63,782 bases of DNA from Candidatus Dormiibacterota bacterium (GTDB lineage Bacteria; Chloroflexota; Dormibacteria; Aeolococcales; Bog-877). The position numbers and the translations under genes were made by a program. The notes below the pieces were generated by a model. The model did no database searches and was not told the DNA's origin. It saw nothing but the letters and a program-made list of their open reading frames with translations. Position 1 is the stretch's first letter. The number at the start of each line of letters is the position of its first letter. The stretch lies in the NCBI GenBank assembly GCA_049799515.1, contig JBARIA010000018.1, forward strand, positions 1-63,782. The letters are read 5' to 3'. Shown here piece after piece: positions 20,942 through 30,603 of the stretch.

Positions 20942-21862
20942 CTAGAACCCTGCGACCGGGAGTTCGGACCCCGCCGGCGCGGTCGAGACCATCGGTCCCT
21001 TTGGGCTCGAACCCCCAGCCCGGGTGGCCAGCACCGAGCCACCCAGAACCAGTGCGAAGCCGAAGGCAACCCCAAGAGTGAGGTGCTCATGGAGCAGAGC
21101 CACCCCGAGTGCCACCGCCACTGCCGGGTTGATGTATGTGATCACGGTCGCCCGCACCGGACCCACCTCGGCGATGAGCGCGAAGAAGACCAGGAAGGCG
21201 ATGGCGGTGCAGATCACCCCCAGGGCGACGACCGCCCCGATCACCGGTAGGGTCGGAACGTGGGTCGGGCGCTGCAGGATGGCGAAAGGCGCGTAGAGGA
21301 CCGTGCAGATGGCGAGCGATCCACTGACCACGCCGAGGCTGGGGAGGTCCGAGAGTCGGCGGGCCAGGATCTGCGGGCCAAGGGCGTAACAGCAGACCAC
21401 GACCGCCATCTCCAGGATGGAGGCCACGGTGATGTGGCCGAGGTCGAATCCCAGCACCGCCGCCACACCGGCAATGCCCATCAGGAGCCCCAGCAGGCGC
21501 GCGCCGGTCAGCCGGTCCTGGCTCCCGCTGACCCGGACGATGACCACCCCCACCAGCGGGACCGCGGCCACCAGCAGACCGGAGAGCGAGCTGGAAATGT
21601 GGGTCTCCGCCTCTGACAGCAAGAGCCAGGCGATGGCAATCTCCACCAGGGAATAGAGGAGAAGGGAACGCCACTTGGCCAGCAGCGGACGAATCTGACC
21701 GCGTCCCAGAGCAATCGGCAGCAGCAGGACTGTTCCGATCGCGGTGCGGCCGAAGACCAGATCTGCCGGCGTGAGATGGCGAACGGCGACCTTGATCAGC
21801 AAGTACGGAATGCCCCAGATCAGGCACATCGCCCCGAACAGCAGCCAGCCGCGCCGAGTCAT
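20942..21862 (-). CDS. EamA/DMT family transporter
   Basis: Ten-helix EamA pattern (LLFGAMCLIWGIPYLLIKVAV...). ATG at 21862 is preceded by AAGGAGG with an 8-nt spacer, so the longer track start at 21973 is rejected. Confidence 0.85.
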   Translation of the reverse strand: MTRRGWLLFGAMCLIWGIPYLLIKVAVRHLTPADLVFGRTAIGTVLLLPIALGRGQIRPLLAKWRSLLLYSLVEIAIAWLLLSEAETHISSSLSGLLVAAVPLVGVVIVRVSGSQDRLTGARLLGLLMGIAGVAAVLGFDLGHITVASILEMAVVVCCYALGPQILARRLSDLPSLGVVSGSLAICTVLYAPFAILQRPTHVPTLPVIGAVVALGVICTAIAFLVFFALIAEVGPVRATVITYINPAVAVALGVALLHEHLTLGVAFGFALVLGGSVLATRAGGSSPKGPMVSTAPAGSELPVAGF

Positions 21863-22717
21863 CCCAGATGCCTCCTTATTGGGGCCGCGACCCTCCACCC
21901 CGTCTCCGTCCCATCGGAGCGAGTTGGGGGCCCTCCACGGTGAGGCTAGCGTCCCAGGGTCAGCATCCGCCATCCGAATTCAGCACTCCGGGCTGCGGCA
22001 CTTGGTGTCGAGACTAGGGTGTGCTGACGATTACACCGCTCGAACGCTGAAGAATTGCAGCTTTTCTGGCACACGCCCGATCGGGGTCTTCCCGTCGCGA
22101 CCGGGTGGTCGCACTTTGGGGGTAAGCGCCGGGAAAGTGACATCCGGGAGCGGGGCCGACGGGATTGCGGGTGGTGAATCAACGGCTCGCGCTATTCAGG
22201 TGGGTGCAACCTGGTGTTGGATTTTATTCACTGACCACAGCCCCGATTTGGGCAGCGAGAGAAATCTAGTCCGGAGAGCCCCGCAGGCTATTCCGAATTA
22301 GACGTACTTCGTGTCGATGGCTATTCGCGTTACAGCGATGTCTGCGGTGCTGACCCGGCAGTTCCCGAGCTTCAGCGGAGATGGTCCCGTCCTTGGTCGC
22401 CCAGTCGGAGGCAAATGGAGCTTGCCCACCCCTCTGGGCTCGCCAGGCGGGTTCCGAACGGATCCTTCCCACCCGATCTCAAGGCCTCATGACTAGATCC
22501 CACGGATTGTCTCGTAGCGGGAGGTGATCGTGGCCACTCCCCATCTATCCGATTGGCTCCCACTTCGCTGTGATCTGCCGGGCGTAACCTGGTTCCTTAC
22601 GCCCCCGTTCTCCCGACCGGCGCCGCGTCCCAGGCCAAGTCGACTGGAACCGGCTCGGGAGTGTGGCCTTAGGTTTCAGGAGAGAATATCCAAGTACGGC
22701 TCCGATCATGGCAATCT

Positions 22718-23578
22718 GTGGCGACAATCGGGGTGGTGCTGCTTGGCCTCTTCTCCGCCGTCGCCGTGACTCCGGCGCGGGCCGCGTACCACGACCCGAA
22801 TTCCGAGTTCTATGTCGCGTTGGGAGGTTCAGCCTCGGTCGGCTGGCAACCCACGGCCGCCAAGCCGGGCGGTCAACCCACCGACACGGGATATGCCAAT
22901 GATCTTGCCGAAACCGAACGGTCCAACTGGGTTGACCTACGGCTGGTCCAACTTGGATGCCCGGGTGAGACGACCACCACCATGCTGGACGGCGGAAGTC
23001 ACTGCCCCTACCGGTCTGGGTCGCAACTTGCCGCCGCCACAGCATTTCTCCGGAGGCACCCTTCGACCGTCCTGCTGACCGTCGACTTGGGGTTCAACGA
23101 TGTGGTGCGGTGTATGAAGCACCAGCAGGTCGACCAGGCGTGCGTAGCGCAGGCACTCGAGGTGGTCCGCGAGCAACTACCGCAAATTCTCTCATCGCTT
23201 AGGGCGGCCGGCGGCTCTAGCTTACAAATCGTCGGCGTGGGACACTACGACCCCTATCTCGCCGACTACCGCCAGGGAGGCGCAGCACGGGCGTTTTCCA
23301 GTGAGAGCCTGACGGTGATTACCCAACTCGACGACGTGATGCGCTCCGCTTACTCCGCCGCCGGAGTCCCGATGGCAGATGTTGCCTCCGCCTTCCAGAC
23401 CGCCAGCACCGAACCAACCGAGCTCGATGGAACCGGCGTGGTACCCCGGAATGTGGCTGAAGCCTGTGCCCTCACCTGGATGTGTGCCGCCGCCCCATTC
23501 GGTCCCAACCCTCATCCAAACGATCCCGGGTACCGCGCCATCAGCGACGCTATCAGCTCCCTCGTCACGGACCGCTAG
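22718..23578 (+). CDS. secreted SGNH/GDSL-like hydrolase
   Basis: 286 aa, GTG start, signal peptide ending ARA. Block I YVALGGSASVG (Gly in place of the usual Asp), block III GFND and a C-terminal PHPNDPGY histidine block. Confidence 0.7.
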   Translation: MATIGVVLLGLFSAVAVTPARAAYHDPNSEFYVALGGSASVGWQPTAAKPGGQPTDTGYANDLAETERSNWVDLRLVQLGCPGETTTTMLDGGSHCPYRSGSQLAAATAFLRRHPSTVLLTVDLGFNDVVRCMKHQQVDQACVAQALEVVREQLPQILSSLRAAGGSSLQIVGVGHYDPYLADYRQGGAARAFSSESLTVITQLDDVMRSAYSAAGVPMADVASAFQTASTEPTELDGTGVVPRNVAEACALTWMCAAAPFGPNPHPNDPGYRAISDAISSLVTDR

Positions 23579-23850
23579 GCGGATCGCTCGAAGGGGGACG
23601 GGAGATCGCTCCCCAGCAGGATGAGCCGGGCTCCGGTGAAGTCGTGGCCTTCTGGTCGGGCACGTCTTGGAAGTGGTCGGATGCCGTCATCCGCCCTTCC
23701 CTCCGAGTATCCCGACTCTGTCGCCTGGGCTGCGAGGGACGACTTGCTCAATTCTGAGGAGCTTGGGCAGGGCGCGCGGACGGTTTCGGAGGATGATGGG
23801 TGGGGGCATTCAGCACCGCTAACAAGAGCGCAATCGGAGGCACCGCGGAT

Positions 23851-24267
23851 ATGTCCGAGCCCAAGAAGTTGCCCAAGCGGAAGTTCAAAGGCGAAGGCCA
23901 CTTCGTTAGGACGGAGCCGGGACACCGGGTAGAAGCCTTTTTCGTCGCTGTCGCCGAGATGCGGAAGGGTCTGCATGACACCGAGCGTGGACGGCGAACT
24001 CCTCCGGCCGAGTCCCGGTTGCAGAGGGACGACCTAATATTCATGCTCGACGCTAAGAAGCGCGACTGGCGGAAGCAGCGAGCCACCGCCGAGGATCGCG
24101 AGACCGTCCTGCGCATCGGCCGCAAGCTGCAGCAGCAGGGATTGCACACCGGTGAATTCGCCAACGTCTCCTTTGGCATTTCGCGCTCGACGTATCGGAA
24201 GTGGCGAAGGCTGGCAGATTCCCCTGGCCCCAGGGTCAAATACCCGACCCCTCAGCTTCGGGCCTAG
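23851..24267 (+). CDS. hypothetical basic protein with C-terminal helix-turn-helix
   Basis: ATG at 23851 is preceded by GGAGG with a 10-nt spacer. The C-terminal GEFANVSFGISRSTYRKWRR looks like an HTH of the resolvase/transposase-ORFA kind. No family assigned. Confidence 0.5.
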   Translation: MSEPKKLPKRKFKGEGHFVRTEPGHRVEAFFVAVAEMRKGLHDTERGRRTPPAESRLQRDDLIFMLDAKKRDWRKQRATAEDRETVLRIGRKLQQQGLHTGEFANVSFGISRSTYRKWRRLADSPGPRVKYPTPQLRA

Positions 24268-24444
24268 GAGTCTATAAAGCGGGTCGTTGCGGTTCTGCTC
24301 CTGGCACAAGACGCGGAGCGCGCAACGACCGGCTACCCAGATACCCTCGCTGGATTGGGGGCAGGTTTGGTTGTTTGCCGTTTCAGAGTGCTGCTAGCTC
24401 CAGCAGGACCAGCGCTCCAGCACTTGCGACAGGGCGGAGCAGAA

Positions 24445-26295
24445 CTACCCCATATGCTTGGCGAGGAAGGCCAGGGCTTTCGGATAGGCGTCGAGTCGGT
24501 TGGCGCGGTGGACGAGCCCGTGGCCCTCATCGAAATAGACGAGAAGCTCGCATTCCACTTGGTTGGTCCGCAGGGCTCGAACGAGTTGTTCGGCCTCGGT
24601 CAGTGGCACCCGAGGGTCGTTGGCACCATGGATCACGAAGAGCGGGGCACGGACAGCGTCGATTCGGCTCAACGGCGAGGCCGACTCTAGAAAGTCGCGG
24701 TCATGCTTAAGAGAGCCGTATTCGGGCTCGCGCTGGGATCTGCGGTAGGCGGATGTATTCTCAAGAAAGGTGACCAGCGAGGATATGCCGACGATGTCCA
24801 CTCCGGCAGCCCACAGCTCGGGCTGGAAGGCAAGCCCCGCGAGCACCATGTAACCACCGTAGGAGCCGCCCCACAAGGCGGCGCGGCCGGGGTCCAGCCC
24901 CTGGGAGGGCAGCCAGGCGTGCAGCGCGGCCAGGTCTCCCACCGAGTCCAGCCTCAGTCGAACGTCGTCCGCGGAGTACCAGCGTTTTCCATATCCGATG
25001 GAGCCGCGCACGTTGGGCATGAGGACGGTGTGTCCCGCAGCGGCCAGACCTTGGATGACCGCATTGAAGCCGCGGACTGCTTGCCCCTCGGGGCCACCGT
25101 GGATATACACCACCGCCGAGCCGGCCAGTGCGGGGTCGGCGGGATCCGGGTTCCGATAGACAAAGCAGGGGATCAGCTCACCGTCTGCGGTGGGCACTCT
25201 GTATCCGACCGGCCGAGCCAGTTCCACCTCCGCGAGCGGTCCGGTGCTGTCCTTTACGGTGGTGACCGCTCCGGTCCCGACGTCAATCCGCAGAATGCTG
25301 CCCGGGATGGTCGCACTGGTGAAGGTGAGCGCGACGAACCGCGAATCCGGCGACCAGACGGGGTTGGGGAACCCCGGCTCTCCGGTCCAACCGTCGTCCG
25401 GCAGTTCCACCCTGCGAACGAGCCGGCCGGTGGCGACATCGTGGAGCGCGATCCGAGCGGCACCGTCATCGTTGGTCAGGGCGAGAATCAGGTGCTTGTT
25501 GGGAGACAGCCAACCGGTAACGTCGCAGCCTTCGGCGCCAACCAGTTCGGTCCACTCACGGGTCGCCAACTCGAACCGGGCGATCATCGTGTATTCGCGA
25601 CCCCGGTTGGTCGTCGCGATCAAGGAGCCATCTCCGGACTCCCAGTACGGTCGCAGGTGCTGCGCCGACTCCCGCGCGCCAGTTAGTGGCAGCAGCCGAC
25701 CGCTGGTCGCGTCCACCGCGACCAGCTGCTCAGACATAGGCTGCGCGGCGTAGCGGACAAGAATCGCGTTGTGGCCGTCTGCTGCCACTGACACCTCGAA
25801 TATCGCCCCGCCTTGGTCGTAGACGACGGTTTCGGCTCCGGTGGTTGTATCGCGCACGACGACGTCGAAGTCGACGAAGTTGCGACGGTTGGTGGTGTAA
25901 ACAATCCGTCCGGGGCCGACGTCTACCAGATTGTGAAAGAAGCGGCCGTCGTGCACCAGTGGTTCTAGGTCGTCGAGCCCGAGGGGTGCGGAGGGAAGTG
26001 GGTCGAGAGAAATCAGCGATAGCTGGTGGCGCTCGTCGCCACCTTGGTCGTGCTCGACCACCACGGATCGGGTGCCGGGCAGGTAGCGTCCGACGCAGGC
26101 GCCGGGAAGCGCCGTGAGCGGTGTCTCCGATCCGTCCTGCGCCAACTCGACCAGCTGCACCGATCCGGAGGCGTCGTGGCCAGCCAGAATCCGCCCGCCA
26201 TCATCAATGTCGAAGGCCCGCCACAACGGCAACTCCAGCAACTCGCGCAGGTCTACTTTCCTAGTCGACATCGTTTCCGACCTCCTCGGTGGCAC
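24445..26295 (-). CDS. S9 family serine peptidase (prolyl oligopeptidase / acylaminoacyl-peptidase-like)
   Basis: 616 aa. N-terminal beta-propeller-like repeats, nucleophile elbow WGGSYGGYM, and a C-terminal D...H (HGANDPRV ... DEGHG) catalytic arrangement. Confidence 0.9.
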   Translation of the reverse strand: MPPRRSETMSTRKVDLRELLELPLWRAFDIDDGGRILAGHDASGSVQLVELAQDGSETPLTALPGACVGRYLPGTRSVVVEHDQGGDERHQLSLISLDPLPSAPLGLDDLEPLVHDGRFFHNLVDVGPGRIVYTTNRRNFVDFDVVVRDTTTGAETVVYDQGGAIFEVSVAADGHNAILVRYAAQPMSEQLVAVDATSGRLLPLTGARESAQHLRPYWESGDGSLIATTNRGREYTMIARFELATREWTELVGAEGCDVTGWLSPNKHLILALTNDDGAARIALHDVATGRLVRRVELPDDGWTGEPGFPNPVWSPDSRFVALTFTSATIPGSILRIDVGTGAVTTVKDSTGPLAEVELARPVGYRVPTADGELIPCFVYRNPDPADPALAGSAVVYIHGGPEGQAVRGFNAVIQGLAAAGHTVLMPNVRGSIGYGKRWYSADDVRLRLDSVGDLAALHAWLPSQGLDPGRAALWGGSYGGYMVLAGLAFQPELWAAGVDIVGISSLVTFLENTSAYRRSQREPEYGSLKHDRDFLESASPLSRIDAVRAPLFVIHGANDPRVPLTEAEQLVRALRTNQVECELLVYFDEGHGLVHRANRLDAYPKALAFLAKHMG

Positions 26296-26898
26296 CTAAC
26301 ATCCAAGTTTTCGTCGGCAAACCTAACCAAGATAACTCCGCGTCGCGGTCGCATAAGGTCACGTCCCTAGGATCAGACTGTTGCCGAACTCGACAGGGGA
26401 TGGGAGAGTGGCACCGGGTCTGGCTAGGTTGCGGTCACCGGCGCGCAGTGGCCTCCGCGACCCGATTTTACCTATCCCACCGAAGCCGCACTTCGCTTCG
26501 CCCTATCTCACTCCATAGACGAGTTAGAGCCGAATCGGTGGATCGGCGACGACGCGATTGGATGCTTGCGAGTTTCATCCGGCATCAAAATAAATGTAGC
26601 GCCAATTTCGGTACCTTCACTGGTATTGGTTCAGCTGACCACACCCATCGAATCAAATTAGGTGGCGCAAGGTTGGCGAGCAGAAGTCCCGGCATTGGCG
26701 AACAAGTTTGGGCGCGGCAGCGTTGCCGTGAAGACCACGTTGGACTTCACAAATCCAACGAGGCTAGCACCGGCGCCCAGTGCCCCATTGATGCTCTGGT
26801 GACTACGGAGTCCTCACCGGGCCCGCCCGGGTGTCTGCCTTGGCCAGCATCTCACCGCTCTGACCGCGACTTTGCAGCACCAAGTGCCGGTGCTGTCG

Positions 26899-26970
<72 letters not shown>

Positions 26971-27027
26971 CAGCGATCACCAGAGCGACGCCACTCCTCG
27001 GGAAGGGCCGCCCAGTAGGAAGTTAGC

Positions 27028-27345
27028 CTACTCGTCCTCGTCGCCGATCGTGAACATCAGCCCGTCCTGGACGTCGTAAAGGGCATCCATCCACTCGGCG
27101 ATGACCACCTCGTCGGCCCGGCGCCGCCCCAGGGGATGTCCCTCCTTGGCCAGCAGGCGACGGCACTGGTTGCGGAGGGGCAGGGGGACCACCGCCTCCT
27201 CGGCGATATTGAGCTGCTCCAGCTCGTTCAGGAGGCGATCGATGAAGAGGATTTTGTTGCGGCGGGCGTTGCGCTCGCGACGCTCGATGTGGTCGGACTC
27301 ATAGAGCTTGGAGATTTCGTGGGAGGTTTCAGAGATGGTGGGCAA
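27028..27345 (-). CDS. hypothetical protein
   Basis: 105 aa with a charged helical sequence (ISKLYESDHIERRERNARRNKILFIDRLLNELEQL...) and good third-position GC. The only upstream initiator is TTG at 27345, with AAGGGA 7 nt upstream. No family recognised. Confidence 0.55.
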   Translation of the reverse strand: MPTISETSHEISKLYESDHIERRERNARRNKILFIDRLLNELEQLNIAEEAVVPLPLRNQCRRLLAKEGHPLGRRRADEVVIAEWMDALYDVQDGLMFTIGDEDE

Positions 27346-27555
27346 GTTCTGTCCCTTGAATCCGCGCGTCCGGAGAAGTTCGGCAACCTCACCAGGTCGG
27401 CAAGGTGCAACTCAATCCTAGATGGCACCCTGAGATGCGTCAAGGTGCCGAACGGGGCCGAACGGGGCCGCTCCAATCGGCTAGGGTCCGCCTGAGGGGC
27501 AGCTCCATGGGTCTCCTCACCACTTCGTCGCCCACCTTCAGGTGGCAAGTAGCAG

Positions 27556-28380
27556 CTAGCCGGCGACCCCCTTCGCCAGCCGGAGCTGAGGCCCCGGCGA
27601 CAGCTCCAACTCGCCCGCGGCGATGGGGACCGGCCCGTCGGCGGTGTCGACGATCAACTCCCCCACATCGGAGATTCCCACCGCCCGCCCCACCACCCGA
27701 CCGGGCAGATGCTTCGCGACGACCTTCTGTCCGAGCCAGGCGGCATGACGGAGCCACTCGCCGCGGAGAGCAGCGAATCCTCCCTCGGCCCACTCGCGGT
27801 AGCGAATCGCGAGCCGGCTCAGAACCTGCTCGGCCAGGGTGGTGCGATCCACGAGGCAGCCCTCCAGATCGCAAGCCGTGGCGGTCTGGCTCAGTTCCGG
27901 AGGCAGTTCGCTGCCTGCCCAGGTGACGTTGCAGCCGACCCCCAGCACCACCACCCGCCCGGCGGCGCTCGAGGCTGGGGACTCCGCCAGTATCCCGGCC
28001 AGCTTGAGATCCCTACAGATGCAGTCGTTGGGCCACTTGAGCCGAACCGGGGGCCCGCCAGACAGGGCCAGTCCCTCCAGCACCGCCAGCCCCGCAACCA
28101 GACTGAGGGTGGTCAAACTCTCGGCATCTCGTTGGGGGCGGAGCAGGACCGAGAACATCAAGGAGCTGCCCGGCGGGGCGATCCAGCTTCGCCCGGAGCG
28201 GCCTCGCCCGGACAGCTGCTCGTCGGCAAAGACGACCAGCCCCTCTGCGGCTCCAGCCCGAGCCGCCACCGCTACCAGGTCCTGGGTGCTGCTCACCTGG
28301 GAGAAGGAACGAAGCTCGAAACGGATCGGCGCACTGGCGAGGGCCCGCTGGAGTCGCCCCAGGTCGAGACTTTGCGTCAC
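27556..28380 (-). CDS. birA: biotin--[acetyl-CoA-carboxylase] ligase
   Basis: GRGRSGRSW biotin-binding loop, LKWPNDCICRDLKLAGILAE. GTG at 28380 (VTQSLDLGRLQRAL...) gives a group-I BirA of normal length. The track ORF start at 28560 would overlap the divergent gene. Confidence 0.85.
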   Translation of the reverse strand: MTQSLDLGRLQRALASAPIRFELRSFSQVSSTQDLVAVAARAGAAEGLVVFADEQLSGRGRSGRSWIAPPGSSLMFSVLLRPQRDAESLTTLSLVAGLAVLEGLALSGGPPVRLKWPNDCICRDLKLAGILAESPASSAAGRVVVLGVGCNVTWAGSELPPELSQTATACDLEGCLVDRTTLAEQVLSRLAIRYREWAEGGFAALRGEWLRHAAWLGQKVVAKHLPGRVVGRAVGISDVGELIVDTADGPVPIAAGELELSPGPQLRLAKGVAG

Positions 28381-28401
28381 TTCGATGACAGTCCGTCTGA
28401 G

Positions 28402-28956
28402 ATGGGGAGCACTCTCGTATACTGCCGCGTCGTGGAGAATTGGGAAAGAGTTGAGCTGTTCAGTTCCTTCCTGAAGCTCAGCGGTGACATCGAGGTGGTG
28501 CCACCACTGCGGCTCACCGATGTCGTCAATCGGATGACGGAATACCTCGATATTCAGCACCTGACGCTGGAGCCGCTTGCCAGTACCTACCCGGTGATTA
28601 GCACCGTCGAGGACGCAGCGATGGTGGCCAAGCGGGCCTTGCTGATGGTGGTTCCGATTGGGGAGTCAGCTGCCGATCATGGGGGACGGCGGGCGCTGCT
28701 GGAGACCAAGGTGGCCCGCCAGGTGGCGCTCACCATCGACACCTTCTCTTTGGTCTGCGAAGTCTTTCTGGAGCCAAGGCTGAGCCTGCGAGAGACCCTG
28801 GAGCGCAGCGTGGACGACTTCCTTCCGGTGCGCAACCTGAACGCGGTCTGGCTGCCGGCGCTGACCCACGAGCGGGTCACCATCCAGCGCTCCTTCGCCC
28901 TAATCCACCCCCGTCAGATCCTGAGCTTCTCCGAGCGCGGGGAAGCAGCTTCCTGA
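28402..28956 (+). CDS. hypothetical protein
   Basis: The clear coding signal is the last third of the 27709..28956 track ORF (…LSGDIEVVPPLRLTDVVNRMTEYLDIQHLTLEPL…FLPVRNLNAVWLPALTHERV…). In-frame ATG at 28402 or GTG at 28432. No family recognised. Confidence 0.55.
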   Translation: MGSTLVYCRVVENWERVELFSSFLKLSGDIEVVPPLRLTDVVNRMTEYLDIQHLTLEPLASTYPVISTVEDAAMVAKRALLMVVPIGESAADHGGRRALLETKVARQVALTIDTFSLVCEVFLEPRLSLRETLERSVDDFLPVRNLNAVWLPALTHERVTIQRSFALIHPRQILSFSERGEAAS

Positions 28957-29026
28957 GTTCTCCCGAAAGACCCCGGGGCGTCGGGAGACTGACCTGAGCG
29001 GGGCGATCCTGAGCGATGCGGCGACC

Positions 29027-29788
29027 GTGGCCCTGCTGCGCGAGCCAGCCGGATCGGCCGCTGAAAAGGGCCTGGAGGTCCTGCTGATGACCAGGCCGGC
29101 GACCAGTTCATTCGCGGCCGGGGCCGAGGTCTTCCCCGGGGGCTCGGTGGATGCCGCCGACCTCGAGCCGGGCTGGGCCCGGCTCGATGATGGCCCGAAC
29201 CTCAACCAGCAGGTGGAGCGTCACCTGCTGGTCACCGCGGTGCGGGAAACCTTCGAGGAGTGCGCAGTCCTACTGGCCCGGGATGCCGGCGGCAACCCCT
29301 GCCCACCTCACCTTTTGGCTGGGCTCGCACCGCTCCGTCGCCGAACCCAGGGCCGAAACCAGGACGGATTTCTGGCCGGACTGCAGGGGGCAGGACTGCG
29401 TCCCGGATGGGAGGACCTCGCCTTCTGTGCCCACTGGGTGACTCCACAGGGTCTTCCCCGAATATTCGACACTCGCTTCTTCCTGGCGGCCCTTCCCGCC
29501 GGCCAGGAGCCGATCCAGGACGACCCGGGAGAGCTAGAGTCGATGCGCTGGGTCCGCCCCGGAATGGCGCTCCGGGAGGCGGCTCGGGGGCAGACCCTCC
29601 TCCTCCCCCCGACCCGGGCCGTGCTGGAGCAGCTCGCGGACCAGCCGAGTGTGGCTGCGGCGCTGCGGGCGGCCAGGGGCAGCCGGGTCCAGCGGGTCCA
29701 GCCGAAGCTAGATGAGATCACCTCCTCTCGGTATCCCGGCCTGGATATCAGAGCGGTCCTGGGCCAGGACCCAAGGAGCGAAAGGTGA
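29027..29788 (+). CDS. NUDIX hydrolase
   Basis: Nudix box FPGGSVD ... AVRETFEECAVLLA. 253 aa. Confidence 0.85.
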   Translation: MALLREPAGSAAEKGLEVLLMTRPATSSFAAGAEVFPGGSVDAADLEPGWARLDDGPNLNQQVERHLLVTAVRETFEECAVLLARDAGGNPCPPHLLAGLAPLRRRTQGRNQDGFLAGLQGAGLRPGWEDLAFCAHWVTPQGLPRIFDTRFFLAALPAGQEPIQDDPGELESMRWVRPGMALREAARGQTLLLPPTRAVLEQLADQPSVAAALRAARGSRVQRVQPKLDEITSSRYPGLDIRAVLGQDPRSER

Positions 29789-30603
29789 CCGTGGCGCCCG
29801 AGATCGTACTGGTGCGGGCACCCAACTCGGGCCCCCTCACCGGCGCCGGGACCAACACCTGGATCTACGGCCGAGGCGAAACGGTGGTCATCGACCCCGG
29901 CCCCTCCGACGAGGGCCACCTGGAGCGGGTCCTGGAGACCGCCACCGGGCTCGGACGAGTGGTGCTGGTCGCCTGCACCCATCACCACCCAGACCACCTG
30001 GAAGGGGCGGCCCGATTCTGCCAGCTGGCCCAGGCCCCCCTGGCGGTCCACTTCCGGCGGGCTACCGACCCCAGCACGCTTCCTCTTCATGACGGAGACC
30101 GACTGTTGGTGGGAAGCGGCGAACTGGCGGCGATCCACACTCCCGGCCATGCCGCCGATCACCTCTGTTTCTTCGACGAATCCAGCCGTATCCTCTTCAC
30201 CGGCGATCACGTGCTTCAGGGCACCACCAGCCTGGTGGTCCCTCCGGACGGTGACATGACCGCCTACCTTCACTCGCTCGACCGGGTGTTTCGGCTGCAG
30301 CCGACCCGGCTCCTCCCCGGCCACGGTGAGCCGATCGAGGACGCCGAGGCGGCGATCAGGGAGCTGATCGACCACCGCCTGCAGCGGGAGGCCCAGATCC
30401 TGCGCCAGCTGCAGGCGGGCCCGGGCGGACCCGAGTCTTTGGTGCCCCGCCTCTACGCCTCCTACCCGCCGGAGGTGATGGAGATGGCCGCCGGCACCGT
30501 GCTGGCCCACCTGCTCAAGCTGGAGAAGGAGGGCCTGGTCCGACCGGTGGCCGGCGATCAGCCAGAGCTATTCGAACTTGTCGACAAAAACCACCAGAAC
30601 TAG
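29785..30603 (+). CDS. MBL-fold metallo-hydrolase
   Basis: THHHPDHLEGA (HxHxDH) and TPGHAADH motifs. 4-nt overlap with the NUDIX gene. Confidence 0.85.
   Translation: MTVAPEIVLVRAPNSGPLTGAGTNTWIYGRGETVVIDPGPSDEGHLERVLETATGLGRVVLVACTHHHPDHLEGAARFCQLAQAPLAVHFRRATDPSTLPLHDGDRLLVGSGELAAIHTPGHAADHLCFFDESSRILFTGDHVLQGTTSLVVPPDGDMTAYLHSLDRVFRLQPTRLLPGHGEPIEDAEAAIRELIDHRLQREAQILRQLQAGPGGPESLVPRLYASYPPEVMEMAAGTVLAHLLKLEKEGLVRPVAGDQPELFELVDKNHQN

Noticed and set aside
21974-22717. tmRNA, RNase P RNA, SRP RNA or a known riboswitch in the long intergenic gap.
   Set aside because: Neither strand has a GGTTCGA-type T-arm or CCA end for tmRNA, the GAGGAAAGTCCGG / ACAGAA blocks of RNase P, the SRP GGAA tetraloop context, or the TPP CTGAGA...ACCTGA pair. 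The loose cobalamin-like and c-di-AMP-like similarities were too weak. Kept only as an unexplained gap.
27447-27470. Tandem 10-mer (GCCGAACGGG x2.4) in the 5' region of the 105-aa gene.
   Set aside because: It is too short and isolated to call a repeat element or CRISPR-like array, and is probably slippage or chance.
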